A DNA stretch of 64,000 nucleotides from Bacteroidota bacterium (GCA_036675075.1 JAKFFM010000002.1:83120-147119), one strand, 5' to 3'. Shown: positions 8,567 to 19,296, counted from the stretch's first letter. Program-made: numbers and translations. Notes: generated by a model from the letters alone, not told the origin.

Positions 8567-10825
8567 CTACCTGAAGAGCATAAAGCTGTCCTGTTTTTTA
8601 TACTCAATATCGTCGTGGCCTTTGGCGGTAATGATATAAAAATAGGTTCCTGTGGATGCCGCTTTCCCTGAATCTGTGTAGCCGTCCCATCCCTGATCAA
8701 TGTCGGTGACAGTGGCAATTTTCAATCCCCAGCGATCATAGATTTCTGCATGGAATTCAGCAATGGCTTTATAAGTAAAAGAGAAAATGTCATTCTTGCT
8801 GTCACCGTTTGGTGTGAAGACGTTGGGCACAGATAAGCTGCTGACCGCATCCTGCACCATGATTGTGACGGAAGAGGTATCAACACAGCCTTCAGGGCTT
8901 GTCGAGGTCAGAATCACCAGGAAAGTTCCGGCTTCATAAGTATGGGTTGGTGAGTATTCTGATGATGAACCGCCGTCACCGAAATTCCAGCTGTTTAATG
9001 CAGAATTCTGGGATGTGTTTGTAAAAATGACCTCCAGTGGTTCAACACCTGTAATTGTATTTGCAGTGAATGAAGAGAACACTGTGGATGTCGTGATCGT
9101 GAAATGCGCTGTATCATCTCCACAGGCATTGTTAACGATAACATACGCAGTAAGAGCTGATGAATAATTCACTGTGGCTGAAGTTTCACCGGTTGACCAG
9201 GTGAAAGTATCTCCACCAGAAGCAGTGAGTGCTGTTGACATTCCATTGCAGATCGCCTTTGTGCCTGTAACCGTTGCCACTGGCTCTGCTATAGTGTTGA
9301 CAGCAAGAGAAGCTGAATCAGTACCACAGCTGTTCGTTCCTGTCACTGAATACGAACCACCTTGTGTAACCGTGATAGAAGCACTTGTGCTGCCATCCGA
9401 CCACAAATAAGTATCTGCTCCTGTTGCATTAAGTGTAAGTGTTGATCCTTCGCAAAACGCAGGTGAACCGGAGCTGATGAGGACATCAGGACTTGTCCCG
9501 ACAGATACCGTAACGCTAGCCTGCAAAGAACCGCAGTATGAAGTATATCCGGTTACAGTATATGTTCCGGCCTGACTCACAGTGATCGATGTGCCTGTTG
9601 TTCCATCCGTCCACAGATAGGTTTCTGCACCTGAGGCAGTTAGTGTGGCTGTGTTTCCAGTGCAAATAGTCACAGGTCCGGAAGGTTGAATAGCAGTCGC
9701 CGGAAGTGGGAGTACTGTAATTGCCTGTTCAGCCGTTGAGCTGCCACAGTTGTTTGAGGCCGTTAAGGTGTATGTTCCTGATACGGTTACCTGGATGGAG
9801 GGCAGAGTTGAGGTTGTGTTCCACAGGTATGTGCTTCCTCCTGATCCAGTCAGTGTGACCGAGGAACCTGCACAGATCGTGTCATTCCCTGATAAGCTGA
9901 TAGATGCCGAAGGTATTGTATTGATCGTAACAGTCATTGCTGAACTTGCTGTATCATTACATGCACTGATGACATTCAATGTCAGCGTAACTACACCGCT
10001 TTCCCCGATACCCGGAGTGTAAACGGTTGTGTCATTTGTAAGTGTGGAAAACGTTCCCGTACCACCGCTCCAGAATAGTGATGAATAATTTCCGGTCACA
10101 CTTCCATTAATTGTTACCGGATCTCCTGAACATTCTGACAAATTGCTGCCAGCAGAAACGGTAAGTGGTGTAAACGGAGCCTGGCAACCTGAATTCACAT
10201 AATCTGGTGTGCCGTTCCAGCTGAAATCTACCCTGCCACCATCAAGAAGTGCTGATGAACCTCCCGTTGTTCCATTCTGGTTGACCATCAGTGAACGATC
10301 ATAGGTCACCTGGTCGCTGCAGCCAGCCGGACTAGAAAATCCGATTGTCAACGTTCTGATTCCAGGTGAGGAATTGTAATTTACAAAGTGTCCTGCGCTA
10401 TTCCCTGAGCACTGGAAGATGGCGATGAGCGTATCGTTCAGGTTCGTGAAGGAGTTTGCTGTGGTGCTTACATTGACATCCGTAAAGAACAGCACTTTTG
10501 CTCCTGCAGGCAATACACCTCCTACAGGCTCTTTCAGATATCCACAGCCTTGAATTGTCGCATTCAGATTGGACACGGCATTCGCTGTAGTCGCATTCTG
10601 ACAAAGTCCGCGGAAAATGTTGTTCGGCCAGGAAACCGTTATAGCGCTAAGGTTCAGAGCTGTTGGGCCGACAGTAAACCGCACCATTTCATTTTCCCAT
10701 TCCGGTGTTCCGCAGGCATCTACGAGAATGCTTTCGATTTCAAGACAGCTTGTGGGTGTTTGTGTATAGGATCTGCTTGTTAAAAACAAGCTGACGAACA
10801 GAATTAACAGGTAATATTTTCTCAT
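8567..10825 (-). CDS. Cell-surface protein with tandem Ig-like repeats and T9SS type-B C-terminal sorting domain
   Basis: 752 aa; signal peptide; repeated TIC.GSSVTLT.SG..TYLWSDGST units; C-terminus VPNVFTPNGDSKNDIF...YDRWGLKI matches the type-B CTD. Confidence 0.65.
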   Translation of the reverse strand: MRKYYLLILFVSLFLTSRSYTQTPTSCLEIESILVDACGTPEWENEMVRFTVGPTALNLSAITVSWPNNIFRGLCQNATTANAVSNLNATIQGCGYLKEPVGGVLPAGAKVLFFTDVNVSTTANSFTNLNDTLIAIFQCSGNSAGHFVNYNSSPGIRTLTIGFSSPAGCSDQVTYDRSLMVNQNGTTGGSSALLDGGRVDFSWNGTPDYVNSGCQAPFTPLTVSAGSNLSECSGDPVTINGSVTGNYSSLFWSGGTGTFSTLTNDTTVYTPGIGESGVVTLTLNVISACNDTASSAMTVTINTIPSASISLSGNDTICAGSSVTLTGSGGSTYLWNTTSTLPSIQVTVSGTYTLTASNNCGSSTAEQAITVLPLPATAIQPSGPVTICTGNTATLTASGAETYLWTDGTTGTSITVSQAGTYTVTGYTSYCGSLQASVTVSVGTSPDVLISSGSPAFCEGSTLTLNATGADTYLWSDGSTSASITVTQGGSYSVTGTNSCGTDSASLAVNTIAEPVATVTGTKAICNGMSTALTASGGDTFTWSTGETSATVNYSSALTAYVIVNNACGDDTAHFTITTSTVFSSFTANTITGVEPLEVIFTNTSQNSALNSWNFGDGGSSSEYSPTHTYEAGTFLVILTSTSPEGCVDTSSVTIMVQDAVSSLSVPNVFTPNGDSKNDIFSFTYKAIAEFHAEIYDRWGLKIATVTDIDQGWDGYTDSGKAASTGTYFYIITAKGHDDIEYKKQDSFMLFR

Positions 10826-10986
10826 GTGGTTGGGATCGTTGAAACCCTTGTCGCTCTAGACAGCTCAAAATTAAAGATAAAAAAATAAGTGTTTCCTTAC
10901 TGGAGTTAAAGGAGTGTTATCTTATTATTTTCTTTATAAGCCTTGGTAATAAATTTTGAGGTTATCCTTTAAGTGAAAGGACAAAC

Positions 10987-12558
10987 CTATGCGATTCGTG
11001 GATGGTCGATGCTGAAATGCAATCCCCGGCTTTCCTTACGTTGCCTGGCGTGTTTAATAATGATGTAGGCTACATTGATGATGTTACGGAGCTCACAAAG
11101 CTTCACTGACACTGTAGTTTTGTCATACAGATCCTCATTTTCAGTGTATATGATTTCAAGCCTGTCGAGGGCACGTTTAAGTCGCAGATCTGATCGTACA
11201 ATACCTACATAGTTGCTCATGATCTCCTGAACCTCCTTGAGAGACTGAGTGATCAGGATCATTTCCTCAGGATGTTCAGTGCCTTCCGCATTCCAGTCAG
11301 GGATCCCTACACAAAAGTTCACTGAACTGAATTCCTCTGTTGATTTCAGGGAAGCCCGATGAGCATAAACGACAGCTTCAAGAAGTGAGTTGCTGGCGAG
11401 CCTGTTGGCGCCATGCAGGCCGGTTGAAGAACATTCTCCGGCAGCATATAAATTTTTAATGCTTGTACGGGCGTATTCATCCACTTTGATCCCTCCACAC
11501 AGGTAATGAGCTGCAGGGACTACAGGGATCATATCTTTGGAAATATCAAGACCTATCGACAGGCATTTCTGATAGATGTTTGGAAAATGCTCAACCAGTT
11601 CTTTAAACGGGATATGCCTGCAATCGAGGTATACATATTCGTCACCCCTGATCTTCATTTCATTGTCGATCGCACGCGCAACAATATCTCTCGGAGCCAG
11701 GTTTCCCCGATCATCATATTTGAACATGAATTCCTTTTCATCCCTTGTTTTCAGCAAAGCTCCAGAACCTCTCATCGCTTCAGTAATGAGAAAGGATGGA
11801 TGCTCCGATGGATGGTATAGCGATGTTGGATGAAACTGAATGAATTCCATGTTCTCCACTTTCCCTTTTGCCCTGTAAACCATGGAAATCCCATCACCTG
11901 TAGCAATAATAGGATTGGTTGTGGTGCCATACACATGGCCTGCTCCACCTGTTGCGATCAATGTCTGGCGAGACAACAGGGTTTCCACCTTTCCACTTTT
12001 TGTATCAAGAATATATGCCCCATAGCACTCAACGCCAGGTGTTCTACTGTTCACTTCTTCACCCAGATGATGCTGTGTGATAATATCAATGGCAAAATGA
12101 TGTGGCCTTACATCAATGTTTGAATGTGTGTGAACCTGGTGTAAAAGAGCGCGTTCAATTTCAAACCCGGTGCTGTCTTTATGGTGCAGGATACGGTGTT
12201 CACTGTGCCCACCTTCCCTGGCTAATGCATAAGTTCCGTCAGGAGACTTGTCAAATTGGGCGCCCCATTCGATCAGCTCTCTGATACGTGCGGTTGATTC
12301 TGTAACAACCATGCGCACAATTTCTTCATTACAGAGACCATCTCCGGCGATCAGGGTATCCTGTATGTGTTTTTCATAGCTGTCGGGTTCATGCATTACT
12401 GCCGCAATGCCGCCTTGTGCATATTTGGTATTTGACTCATCCTCATTGGCTTTTGTAATGAGTACAACCTTGCCGTACTCTGCGACCTTTAAGGCATAGG
12501 ACAAACCTGCAATGCCTGAACCGATTACAAGGAAATCTGTTTTGGATCTATCTGACAC
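10987..12558 (-). CDS. nadB: L-aspartate oxidase
   Basis: 523 aa; N-terminal FAD motif VIGSGIAGL; fumarate-reductase-type flavoprotein core with AAHYLCGGIKVD and RLASNSLLE; length typical of NadB. Confidence 0.8.
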   Translation of the reverse strand: MSDRSKTDFLVIGSGIAGLSYALKVAEYGKVVLITKANEDESNTKYAQGGIAAVMHEPDSYEKHIQDTLIAGDGLCNEEIVRMVVTESTARIRELIEWGAQFDKSPDGTYALAREGGHSEHRILHHKDSTGFEIERALLHQVHTHSNIDVRPHHFAIDIITQHHLGEEVNSRTPGVECYGAYILDTKSGKVETLLSRQTLIATGGAGHVYGTTTNPIIATGDGISMVYRAKGKVENMEFIQFHPTSLYHPSEHPSFLITEAMRGSGALLKTRDEKEFMFKYDDRGNLAPRDIVARAIDNEMKIRGDEYVYLDCRHIPFKELVEHFPNIYQKCLSIGLDISKDMIPVVPAAHYLCGGIKVDEYARTSIKNLYAAGECSSTGLHGANRLASNSLLEAVVYAHRASLKSTEEFSSVNFCVGIPDWNAEGTEHPEEMILITQSLKEVQEIMSNYVGIVRSDLRLKRALDRLEIIYTENEDLYDKTTVSVKLCELRNIINVAYIIIKHARQRKESRGLHFSIDHPRIA

Positions 12559-12643
12559 AGCAGCAAAGGTAAGAGGTTACAGCAGCAATGAATGCCGAAA
12601 AAACTCGTTTTCAATGTATCTTTGTAAAAATTTATTGAGCGAG

Positions 12644-13237
12644 ATGGAAACAGCAGCAATCCCTGTAGTTATATATGCCGAAGGAACACCCAATCCTTCT
12701 GCCATGAAATTTGTGGCAAATACCCTGCTTATAAAGGGCGAGGCGCTTGAGTTCACTTCATTGGCAAATGCAGGGAAGTCTCCTCTTGCTCTTGAATTAC
12801 TTAAGTTTCCGTTTATTTCGTCAGTCTTTATCGCTTCAAATTATGTTACACTTACCAAAACAGATCATGTTGACTGGGAAGATGTGATGAACGAGCTAAG
12901 AGAATTCATAGGTGGATATCTTCAGGCAAGAAAGCCGGTCCTTGTTGACCGTGTTGCCACAGCAAAAGGAGAGATCACAGATTCAACCCCTGACCCTTCT
13001 GAAGGATATGATGAACTTGAAAAGAAGATCGTATCACTCCTTGATGAATATATCCGTCCTGCTGTAGAACAGGATGGTGGAGCAATCAGTTTTAAGTCTT
13101 TTCACAATGGTGTTGTTACGGTAAAACTGAAAGGTTCATGCAGTGGATGTCCAAGTGCGTCTTTTACTTTAAAAGCTGGCATCGAAGCCTTGCTTAAACG
13201 AATGGTTCCTGAGGTTAATACAGTTGTGGCTGAATAG
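12644..13237 (+). CDS. Nfu/NifU-like iron-sulfur cluster assembly protein
   Basis: ORF-track start 12512 would overlap nadB; ATG 12644 gives METAAIPVVIYAEGTPNPSAMKF (Nfu N-domain start). C-terminal NifU-like domain with CxxC (GSCSGCPSASFTLKAGIE). Confidence 0.7.
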   Translation: METAAIPVVIYAEGTPNPSAMKFVANTLLIKGEALEFTSLANAGKSPLALELLKFPFISSVFIASNYVTLTKTDHVDWEDVMNELREFIGGYLQARKPVLVDRVATAKGEITDSTPDPSEGYDELEKKIVSLLDEYIRPAVEQDGGAISFKSFHNGVVTVKLKGSCSGCPSASFTLKAGIEALLKRMVPEVNTVVAE

Positions 13238-13259
13238 CTTTTCTTGTAACTTTAGCTGA

Positions 13260-15146
13260 ATGACAACTACTTCAGCGTCCCTGCAGCTTTCTGTATCTGA
13301 GCTTCTCTCTTTAGCCGAAAAATATAAGTACAATAACAGGGAAAAGTCATTCACGTTTGCACAACAGGCATTGACTATCGCTGAAGATTCTGAGAATAAA
13401 AAGGATCTTGTACAGGCATTACTCCTCGCTGCCTATTCTTATCATCATCGTGCATTGCATGAATTGTTTTTCAAAAGCATCGACCGTGTCTTCGATCTTT
13501 TAAGCGATGGAAATGATGATAAAAGCCTATCGTATGCCTATTATCTATGCGGTTGTTGCTTCAGAAACCTTGGTGACTATTCCAGCTCTGCAGAAAACTT
13601 TATAAAAGGCCTGATGCTGGCCGAAGAGGATGGTGATATCGAAAACACTATACGAATCCATAATGGGTTAGGCCATCTCTACAACATACTTGGTGACAAT
13701 ACCAAATCATTGAACAGCCTTACTCGTGGACTGGATATGATCCCTCATTATCCTGATCTCCATTTGCATGCAAACCTTCTTGGAAACCAGGCAGAAGTGT
13801 TCATTGAGCTAAAGCGTTTTGATGAAGCCAAAGCGAACCTGCAATACGTCGCATCGATCTATGCTGACCTGAATGATCTTGCAGGGTCTGGTGTAACCAA
13901 CCTGAGACTGGGTAAGCTGCATTATGCGATAGGTGAAGTTGACCAGTGCATCTCGATACTGACAAAGCTTTATGAAAAAGCCTATGAGAATGATTTTAAA
14001 ATTGGGATCACGATCGTTGGAGGTGATTTCGGGCGTATTCTGATTGATCTTGGCAGGATCGAAGAAGCTATTCCGCTTGTTGAAAAAGCGATTGAGGTCT
14101 CAAAAGAAATTAATTACCAGAACAACCAGTATGATCTTTTTTACCTGAAGTATAGGATCGCGGTCTGGCAGAAAGATTATAAGTGTGCATTGCATTACTA
14201 TGAATTGTATCACGAGCTGAAGGAAAAGACATACATCCGCGAAGCAGAGATCAAGCTGAAGAATGCAGAATCCCTAACAGAGATCCAGCTGGTAAAGAAA
14301 GAAGCTGAGCTGAACCGGCTTAAGCATGTGGAACTTCGGAAAGCGTATGAAGAGATCGAGGTAAAGAATATAGAGATCACGGACAGCATCCGCTACGCCC
14401 GTCGTATTCAGGCAGCTTTCCTTCCATCCGAGGAGATGATTGGAAAAAGCTTTCCGGACTTTTTTGTTTTTTTCCAGCCAAGAAATATTGTGAGCGGAGA
14501 TTTTTACTGGTTCAGGAAATGCATCAATAATGATCACTCGCTGAAGCTGATGGCTGTCGCTGACTGCACGGGCCATGGTGTCCCGGGAGCAATGATGAGC
14601 ATGATCGGTTCATCTCTTTTAAACCAGATCGTAATAGCAAAAGGCATCTTCGAACCATCTAAAATCCTTGAAGAATTGGACAGAGATCTTTGCTATGCTC
14701 TGAAAACGAATGGAAGCGACGCAAGGGATGGAATGGATATTTCAATTGCGATGCTTGATGAAAAAACAAATGAGTTACACATTGCTTCAGCCATGCGTCC
14801 ATCGTTCGTTTACCTCTCTGGTAAAAATGAGCTGATTGATGTACCAGCAACCAAACGTTCCATTGGTGGCTCGTTCGAATGTTCACATCCTATTTCGTTT
14901 AAAACCACCATATTACAGCTTGAAACGAAAGACAGAATCTATATGTTCAGTGATGGTTTTGCAGACCAGTTTGGCGGGCCAAAGGGCAAGAAGCTCATGG
15001 TAAAAAATTTCAAGTCATTGATAAAATCAACAGCACAGCAGCCTGTCAATGTTCAGTCTCAGAAGATCAGTGAATTCTTTGATAGCTGGAAAGGAACACA
15101 TGAGCAGGTTGATGATGTTACCTTAATGTGTATTGAGGTTAAATAA
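13260..15146 (+). CDS. TPR-repeat protein with C-terminal PP2C/SpoIIE-type serine phosphatase domain (RsbU-like)
   Basis: 628 aa; N-terminal helical TPR-like repeats, coiled-coil linker, then GDFYWF ... MAVADCTGHGVPGAMMSMIG ... MFSDGFADQFG ... THEQVDDVTLMCIEV typical of PP2C-family phosphatases. Confidence 0.7.
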   Translation: MTTTSASLQLSVSELLSLAEKYKYNNREKSFTFAQQALTIAEDSENKKDLVQALLLAAYSYHHRALHELFFKSIDRVFDLLSDGNDDKSLSYAYYLCGCCFRNLGDYSSSAENFIKGLMLAEEDGDIENTIRIHNGLGHLYNILGDNTKSLNSLTRGLDMIPHYPDLHLHANLLGNQAEVFIELKRFDEAKANLQYVASIYADLNDLAGSGVTNLRLGKLHYAIGEVDQCISILTKLYEKAYENDFKIGITIVGGDFGRILIDLGRIEEAIPLVEKAIEVSKEINYQNNQYDLFYLKYRIAVWQKDYKCALHYYELYHELKEKTYIREAEIKLKNAESLTEIQLVKKEAELNRLKHVELRKAYEEIEVKNIEITDSIRYARRIQAAFLPSEEMIGKSFPDFFVFFQPRNIVSGDFYWFRKCINNDHSLKLMAVADCTGHGVPGAMMSMIGSSLLNQIVIAKGIFEPSKILEELDRDLCYALKTNGSDARDGMDISIAMLDEKTNELHIASAMRPSFVYLSGKNELIDVPATKRSIGGSFECSHPISFKTTILQLETKDRIYMFSDGFADQFGGPKGKKLMVKNFKSLIKSTAQQPVNVQSQKISEFFDSWKGTHEQVDDVTLMCIEVK

Positions 15147-15214
15147 ATGTTAAGTATCCGAAGTGCTAGTGTTTACAGCTATTTCCGGGAGTACCTTTGT
15201 AAAAAAATCAATGC

Positions 15215-15889
15215 ATGAGTGTACAGAAGATATTGCTTGTTGACGATGAACCGGATATTCTGGAATTTCTTGCGTATAATCTTTCAAAAGAAGGATACAT
15301 TGTATGTACGGCCAGCAACGGCGCTGAGGCGATCAGGGTGGCGGATAAGGAAGAACCGGATCTTATCATTCTTGATGTGATGATGCCCGACATGGATGGC
15401 ATTGAAACCTGCCGCTCGTTAAGAGAAAACAAAAAGCTTGAAAATTCAGTGATCACTTTTCTTACTGCCAGAAATGAAGATTACTCACAGATCGCGGGCT
15501 TCGATTCAGGAGCTGATGATTACATCACAAAACCGATCAAGCCCAAGGTGTTTGTGAGCAGAGTGAAAGCGTTGCTGAGAAGAAAGGGCAAGCCTGAGCA
15601 TACGAGTGTTCAGACATTCGGTGAGCTTACTATTGATCGTGAAAAGTTTATTGTTGGCCTGGGAGGCAAAGAGCTCAATCTTCCGCGTAAAGAATTTGAA
15701 TTGCTTGAGCTTCTTGCATCACAGCCAGGTAAAGTGTTTACGAGAAATACCATACTTGAAAAAGTGTGGGGAGAAGATGTGGTGGTAGGAGATCGTACCA
15801 TCGATGTACACATCAGAAAGCTGCGCGAAAAGCTTGGCGATGAATTCATCCGCACAGTCAAAGGTGTTGGATATAAATTTGATTTTTAA
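15215..15889 (+). CDS. Two-component response regulator, OmpR/PhoB family
   Basis: 224 aa; receiver domain (LLVDDEPDIL, IILDVMMPDMDG, ITKPIKP) plus winged-helix output domain. Confidence 0.8.
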   Translation: MSVQKILLVDDEPDILEFLAYNLSKEGYIVCTASNGAEAIRVADKEEPDLIILDVMMPDMDGIETCRSLRENKKLENSVITFLTARNEDYSQIAGFDSGADDYITKPIKPKVFVSRVKALLRRKGKPEHTSVQTFGELTIDREKFIVGLGGKELNLPRKEFELLELLASQPGKVFTRNTILEKVWGEDVVVGDRTIDVHIRKLREKLGDEFIRTVKGVGYKFDF

Positions 15890-15894
15890 CGGTA

Positions 15895-16896
15895 TTGAAA
15901 AAGCTTACACGTCCCTTCTATCTTAGCATTCTCACATCAACGCTTCTTTCAGCATTGCTGTTTATTCTGGATCTGTTCAATGATCTGAAGGAATTTAAGA
16001 TCATCGCTGCATTCTTCATTTGTTCTTCACTTATCCTCTATATCATATTTAAATATTTCCTGTTCGACAGACTGAATAAGATTGTATCCAGGATAGATCC
16101 ACAGTTCAAAGGGGAACCCGATTTTATCCATGAGCTTGACCTCACTATCGAACGCTGGCAAAAGGAAAGAACAGGGGAGATCGAACGCCTTAAGAAGCTT
16201 GAAAATTACAGGAAGGAATTCCTTGGCAATGTTGGCCACGAGCTTAAGACTCCAATCTTTAATATACAAGGATATATCATGACCTTGCTTGATGGAGGGC
16301 TTGAAGATCCATCTATAAACAGGTCATACCTCCAGCGTGCGGAAAAGAGTGTGAACAGAATGGTCAGCCTTGTGGATGATCTTGAAGCCATCACCCAGCT
16401 CGAAAGCGGCGAGCTTGATCTTGAATTTTCAACTTTTGATTTGATCCCTATAATCAGGGAATTGATTATAAGCCATGAATACCGGGCACAGGGTAAGCAC
16501 ATCACCATCATGCTGAACTACTTCAGGACTAAAACAGTCATCGTAAGGGCAGATAAGTTCAGAATCAGGCAGGTGCTGACAAATCTGATCGTCAATTCGA
16601 TTAAGTATGGAAAGGAATATGGTGAGACAGAGATCAGGATCCATGAAGTCGGTGATGTCATTCGTGTTGAAGTTTCTGATAATGGCATTGGAATACCGGC
16701 TGAACACCTTCCTCGGTTGTTTGAACGGTTCTACAGAGTGGATAAGAGCCGGTCTCGTGAAATGGGTGGCACAGGCCTCGGCCTCGCGATCGTTAAGCAC
16801 ATACTTGAAGCTCATGGACAATCAATCAACGTGATGAGCACAGTTGGTGCAGGATCCGTTTTTTCATTCACCCTGGAAAAGGGACAAGACTCTTAA
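15895..16896 (+). CDS. Sensor histidine kinase
   Basis: 333 aa; two N-terminal TM helices; H-box NVGHELKTPI; ATPase boxes NLIVNSIKYG, DNGIGIP, GGTGLGLAIV; TTG start 6 nt after the regulator stop. Confidence 0.75.
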   Translation: MKKLTRPFYLSILTSTLLSALLFILDLFNDLKEFKIIAAFFICSSLILYIIFKYFLFDRLNKIVSRIDPQFKGEPDFIHELDLTIERWQKERTGEIERLKKLENYRKEFLGNVGHELKTPIFNIQGYIMTLLDGGLEDPSINRSYLQRAEKSVNRMVSLVDDLEAITQLESGELDLEFSTFDLIPIIRELIISHEYRAQGKHITIMLNYFRTKTVIVRADKFRIRQVLTNLIVNSIKYGKEYGETEIRIHEVGDVIRVEVSDNGIGIPAEHLPRLFERFYRVDKSRSREMGGTGLGLAIVKHILEAHGQSINVMSTVGAGSVFSFTLEKGQDS

Positions 16897-17928
16897 CAGG
16901 TGTGTTCTGAATCCATCCTTCCTGCAATACCCGGTAAACCCATTAGTCCGATCAACTGACGCAAGTGCCTCTAATGTTAGATATGCCTGATCGGTTAATG
17001 CACATATATTTTTAGCAGCTAATGATCGCGCAAGGTATTCCTGTTCTGTCTGTCCAGGTGTTGGTATAAGCAGCGCTTTGCAGCCACTGCCTGCAAGATC
17101 CATGATCGTTGAATACCCTGATCGTCCGACAACGACCCTGCTTGCAGAGATCATTCTAGAAACATGTTCTCTTCGTCCTCTGATCAACAAGGTATGATGT
17201 GAATAGGATGTAAAAGGAAAGTCGAGGGATGTAACGATGACTACTTTTTTATCCCTCAGCGAAGGCAATAAACGATTTACATTTTCAGCAAGGATCTTTC
17301 GTTGCGGATCGGGGCCGCTGATCACAAAACAGTAATCGAAGAGTTTCTCAGCGGTATTTTTTTCAAGAGTGGAAAGAATCCCTGTTTTGAAAACCGGAAT
17401 GGTGATGCCTTTGGTTGAGGATAAGCTTCCGCTGAAAGTTGAATCATCATCATCAGGAATCCAGCATTCATCAAATGAATTGATCTTGTGATGGTTTAAC
17501 CTGTTTATGATCCTGGAGAATATTGGGGAAAGAATGTTTGTCTGATGTGTTATGAAGATGGAGTACGCAGACGATGACCTTACATGGTATCGATTATCTG
17601 ACAGGATCAGTTGTGGATTGTATTTCCTTACGAGCTCATCCGTAATCGCTGTTTCCTTCTTTAGTTGTGAAAGGATTGCCGGCAGCTGTTTGGTCATGTG
17701 CCAGGCCATTGATCCGCTTACCGGATAAGTTACCTGGATGCCGGGATGATATTCATGAATAAGCGAAGGGAATTCAATCTTTAAGAAATCATGACTTTCA
17801 CCATAGGAGCTGATGATAAGCTGATGTCCTTCATCTTTAAGAAAGGAGATAACAGGTAACATGCGTGTTGCATGGCCGAGTCCCCAGTTCAGAGGTGAGA
17901 TCAGTATGGTATGTGGCCTGTTTGTCAT
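16864..17928 (-). CDS. Glycosyltransferase, GT1 (MGT/UDP-glycosyltransferase-like) family
   Basis: 354 aa; N-terminal ILISPLNWGLGHATRMLPV and C-terminal VVGRSGYSTIMDLAGSGCKALLIPTPGQTEQ resemble GT-B fold GT1/GT28 enzymes; 3' end overlaps the kinase gene by 33 nt (convergent). Confidence 0.5.
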   Translation of the reverse strand: MTNRPHTILISPLNWGLGHATRMLPVISFLKDEGHQLIISSYGESHDFLKIEFPSLIHEYHPGIQVTYPVSGSMAWHMTKQLPAILSQLKKETAITDELVRKYNPQLILSDNRYHVRSSSAYSIFITHQTNILSPIFSRIINRLNHHKINSFDECWIPDDDDSTFSGSLSSTKGITIPVFKTGILSTLEKNTAEKLFDYCFVISGPDPQRKILAENVNRLLPSLRDKKVVIVTSLDFPFTSYSHHTLLIRGRREHVSRMISASRVVVGRSGYSTIMDLAGSGCKALLIPTPGQTEQEYLARSLAAKNICALTDQAYLTLEALASVDRTNGFTGYCRKDGFRTHLLRVLSLFQGE

Positions 17929-17982
17929 TAAACAGGAAAAGCTGCCTTTGAGAGCAGCTTTTCCATGGTATCTGTGATTACA

Positions 17983-19296
17983 TTAAGCTGTTTCCAGCTC
18001 TTCTTTCTTTTCTGTGATATTGAAAGCTTTTCTAAGATCATCAACATAGTCAAGTTTTTCCCATGTAAACGTCTCATACTTTTTGCCATCAAGCTCTTTG
18101 GTCTCAGGAGTTCTTCCCATATGACCGTAAGCTGCAGTGATGTTATAGATCGGGTTTCTCAATCCGAATCTTTTAACGATCGCACTTGGCCTCATGTCAA
18201 ACAGAGTTTCAACGATCTTGGAGATCTCTCCATCTGAAAGCTTTTTGCCTTCGTTGTTCTTCACCTTTCCAGTTCCATAGGTGTTCACGTATAATCCTAC
18301 AGGCTTGGCAACACCGATCGCGTAAGCAACCTGAACAAGGGCTTCATCACAAACACCAGCAGCAACAAGATTTTTAGCGATATGACGAGTAGCATACGCT
18401 GCTGAACGGTCAACTTTTGATGAATCTTTTCCGGAGAATGCACCACCACCGTGAGCACCACGTCCGCCGTAAGTGTCAACGATGATCTTTCTTCCAGTCA
18501 GACCAGTATCACCGTGTGGACCACCAATAACGAATTTTCCGGTTGGGTTGATGTGGTACTTGATGTCGTTTCCAAAAAGCTTCTGCACACGCTTAGGCAA
18601 AAGCTTTTTAACACGAGGAACAAGGACATTGATAATATCAGCTTTGATCTTTTCCAATACCACTTCATCCGTGTCGAAATCATCATGCTGTGTGGAAAGA
18701 ACGATTGTCTCGATCTTTTCAGGTTTTCCTTTGTCGCTATACTGGATCGTTACCTGTGATTTTGCATCAGGTCTGAGGTAGGAAACTCTTTTTCCATTCC
18801 TGTTATAGGTCATCTTCTGGCCTTCTCTTCTGATTGCTGCAAGTTCCTTCAGCAACAGGTGAGAAAGTTCAAGAGGAAGCGGCATATAGTTGTCAGTTTC
18901 ACGACAAGCATATCCGAACATCATTCCCTGGTCACCGGCACCCTGCTCTTCTTCTTTGGCACGTTCAACGCCCTGGTTGATGTCAGAAGACTGTTCATGA
19001 ATAACATTCAGGATACCGCATGAATTACCATCAAACTGGTATTCGGAGCGGTTATATCCGATGCGATTGATAACATCACGTGCAATACGTGCCACATCTA
19101 CCTTAGCCTTAGCTGTCTCGGTAGTTTTGATCTCTCCTCCAATCACCACAAGACCTGTCGTAACAAATGTTTCACAGGCAACCTTCGCGTTAGAATCGTA
19201 TCTTAAAAATTCATCGATGATCGCATCCGATATCTGATCTGCGACTTTGTCCGGATGCCCTTCTGATACCGACTCCGAAGTAAATAAATATGACAT
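17983..19296 (-). CDS. metK: S-adenosylmethionine synthetase
   Basis: 437 aa; N-terminus [30 protein letters not shown] and later GGGAFSGKD are hallmark MetK motifs. Confidence 0.9.
   Translation of the reverse strand: MSYLFTSESVSEGHPDKVADQISDAIIDEFLRYDSNAKVACETFVTTGLVVIGGEIKTTETAKAKVDVARIARDVINRIGYNRSEYQFDGNSCGILNVIHEQSSDINQGVERAKEEEQGAGDQGMMFGYACRETDNYMPLPLELSHLLLKELAAIRREGQKMTYNRNGKRVSYLRPDAKSQVTIQYSDKGKPEKIETIVLSTQHDDFDTDEVVLEKIKADIINVLVPRVKKLLPKRVQKLFGNDIKYHINPTGKFVIGGPHGDTGLTGRKIIVDTYGGRGAHGGGAFSGKDSSKVDRSAAYATRHIAKNLVAAGVCDEALVQVAYAIGVAKPVGLYVNTYGTGKVKNNEGKKLSDGEISKIVETLFDMRPSAIVKRFGLRNPIYNITAAYGHMGRTPETKELDGKKYETFTWEKLDYVDDLRKAFNITEKKEELETA

Noticed and set aside
12512-12643. Long N-terminal extension of the Nfu-like ORF overlapping nadB
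   Set aside because: The extension overlaps the nadB coding start on the opposite strand and lacks any domain signal; the internal ATG at 12644 begins the conserved Nfu N-domain.
16864-16896. 33-nt convergent overlap between the histidine kinase and GT1 genes as a sign of frameshift or misassembly
   Set aside because: Both proteins are full length with intact C-terminal motifs; short convergent overlaps occur in compact genomes.
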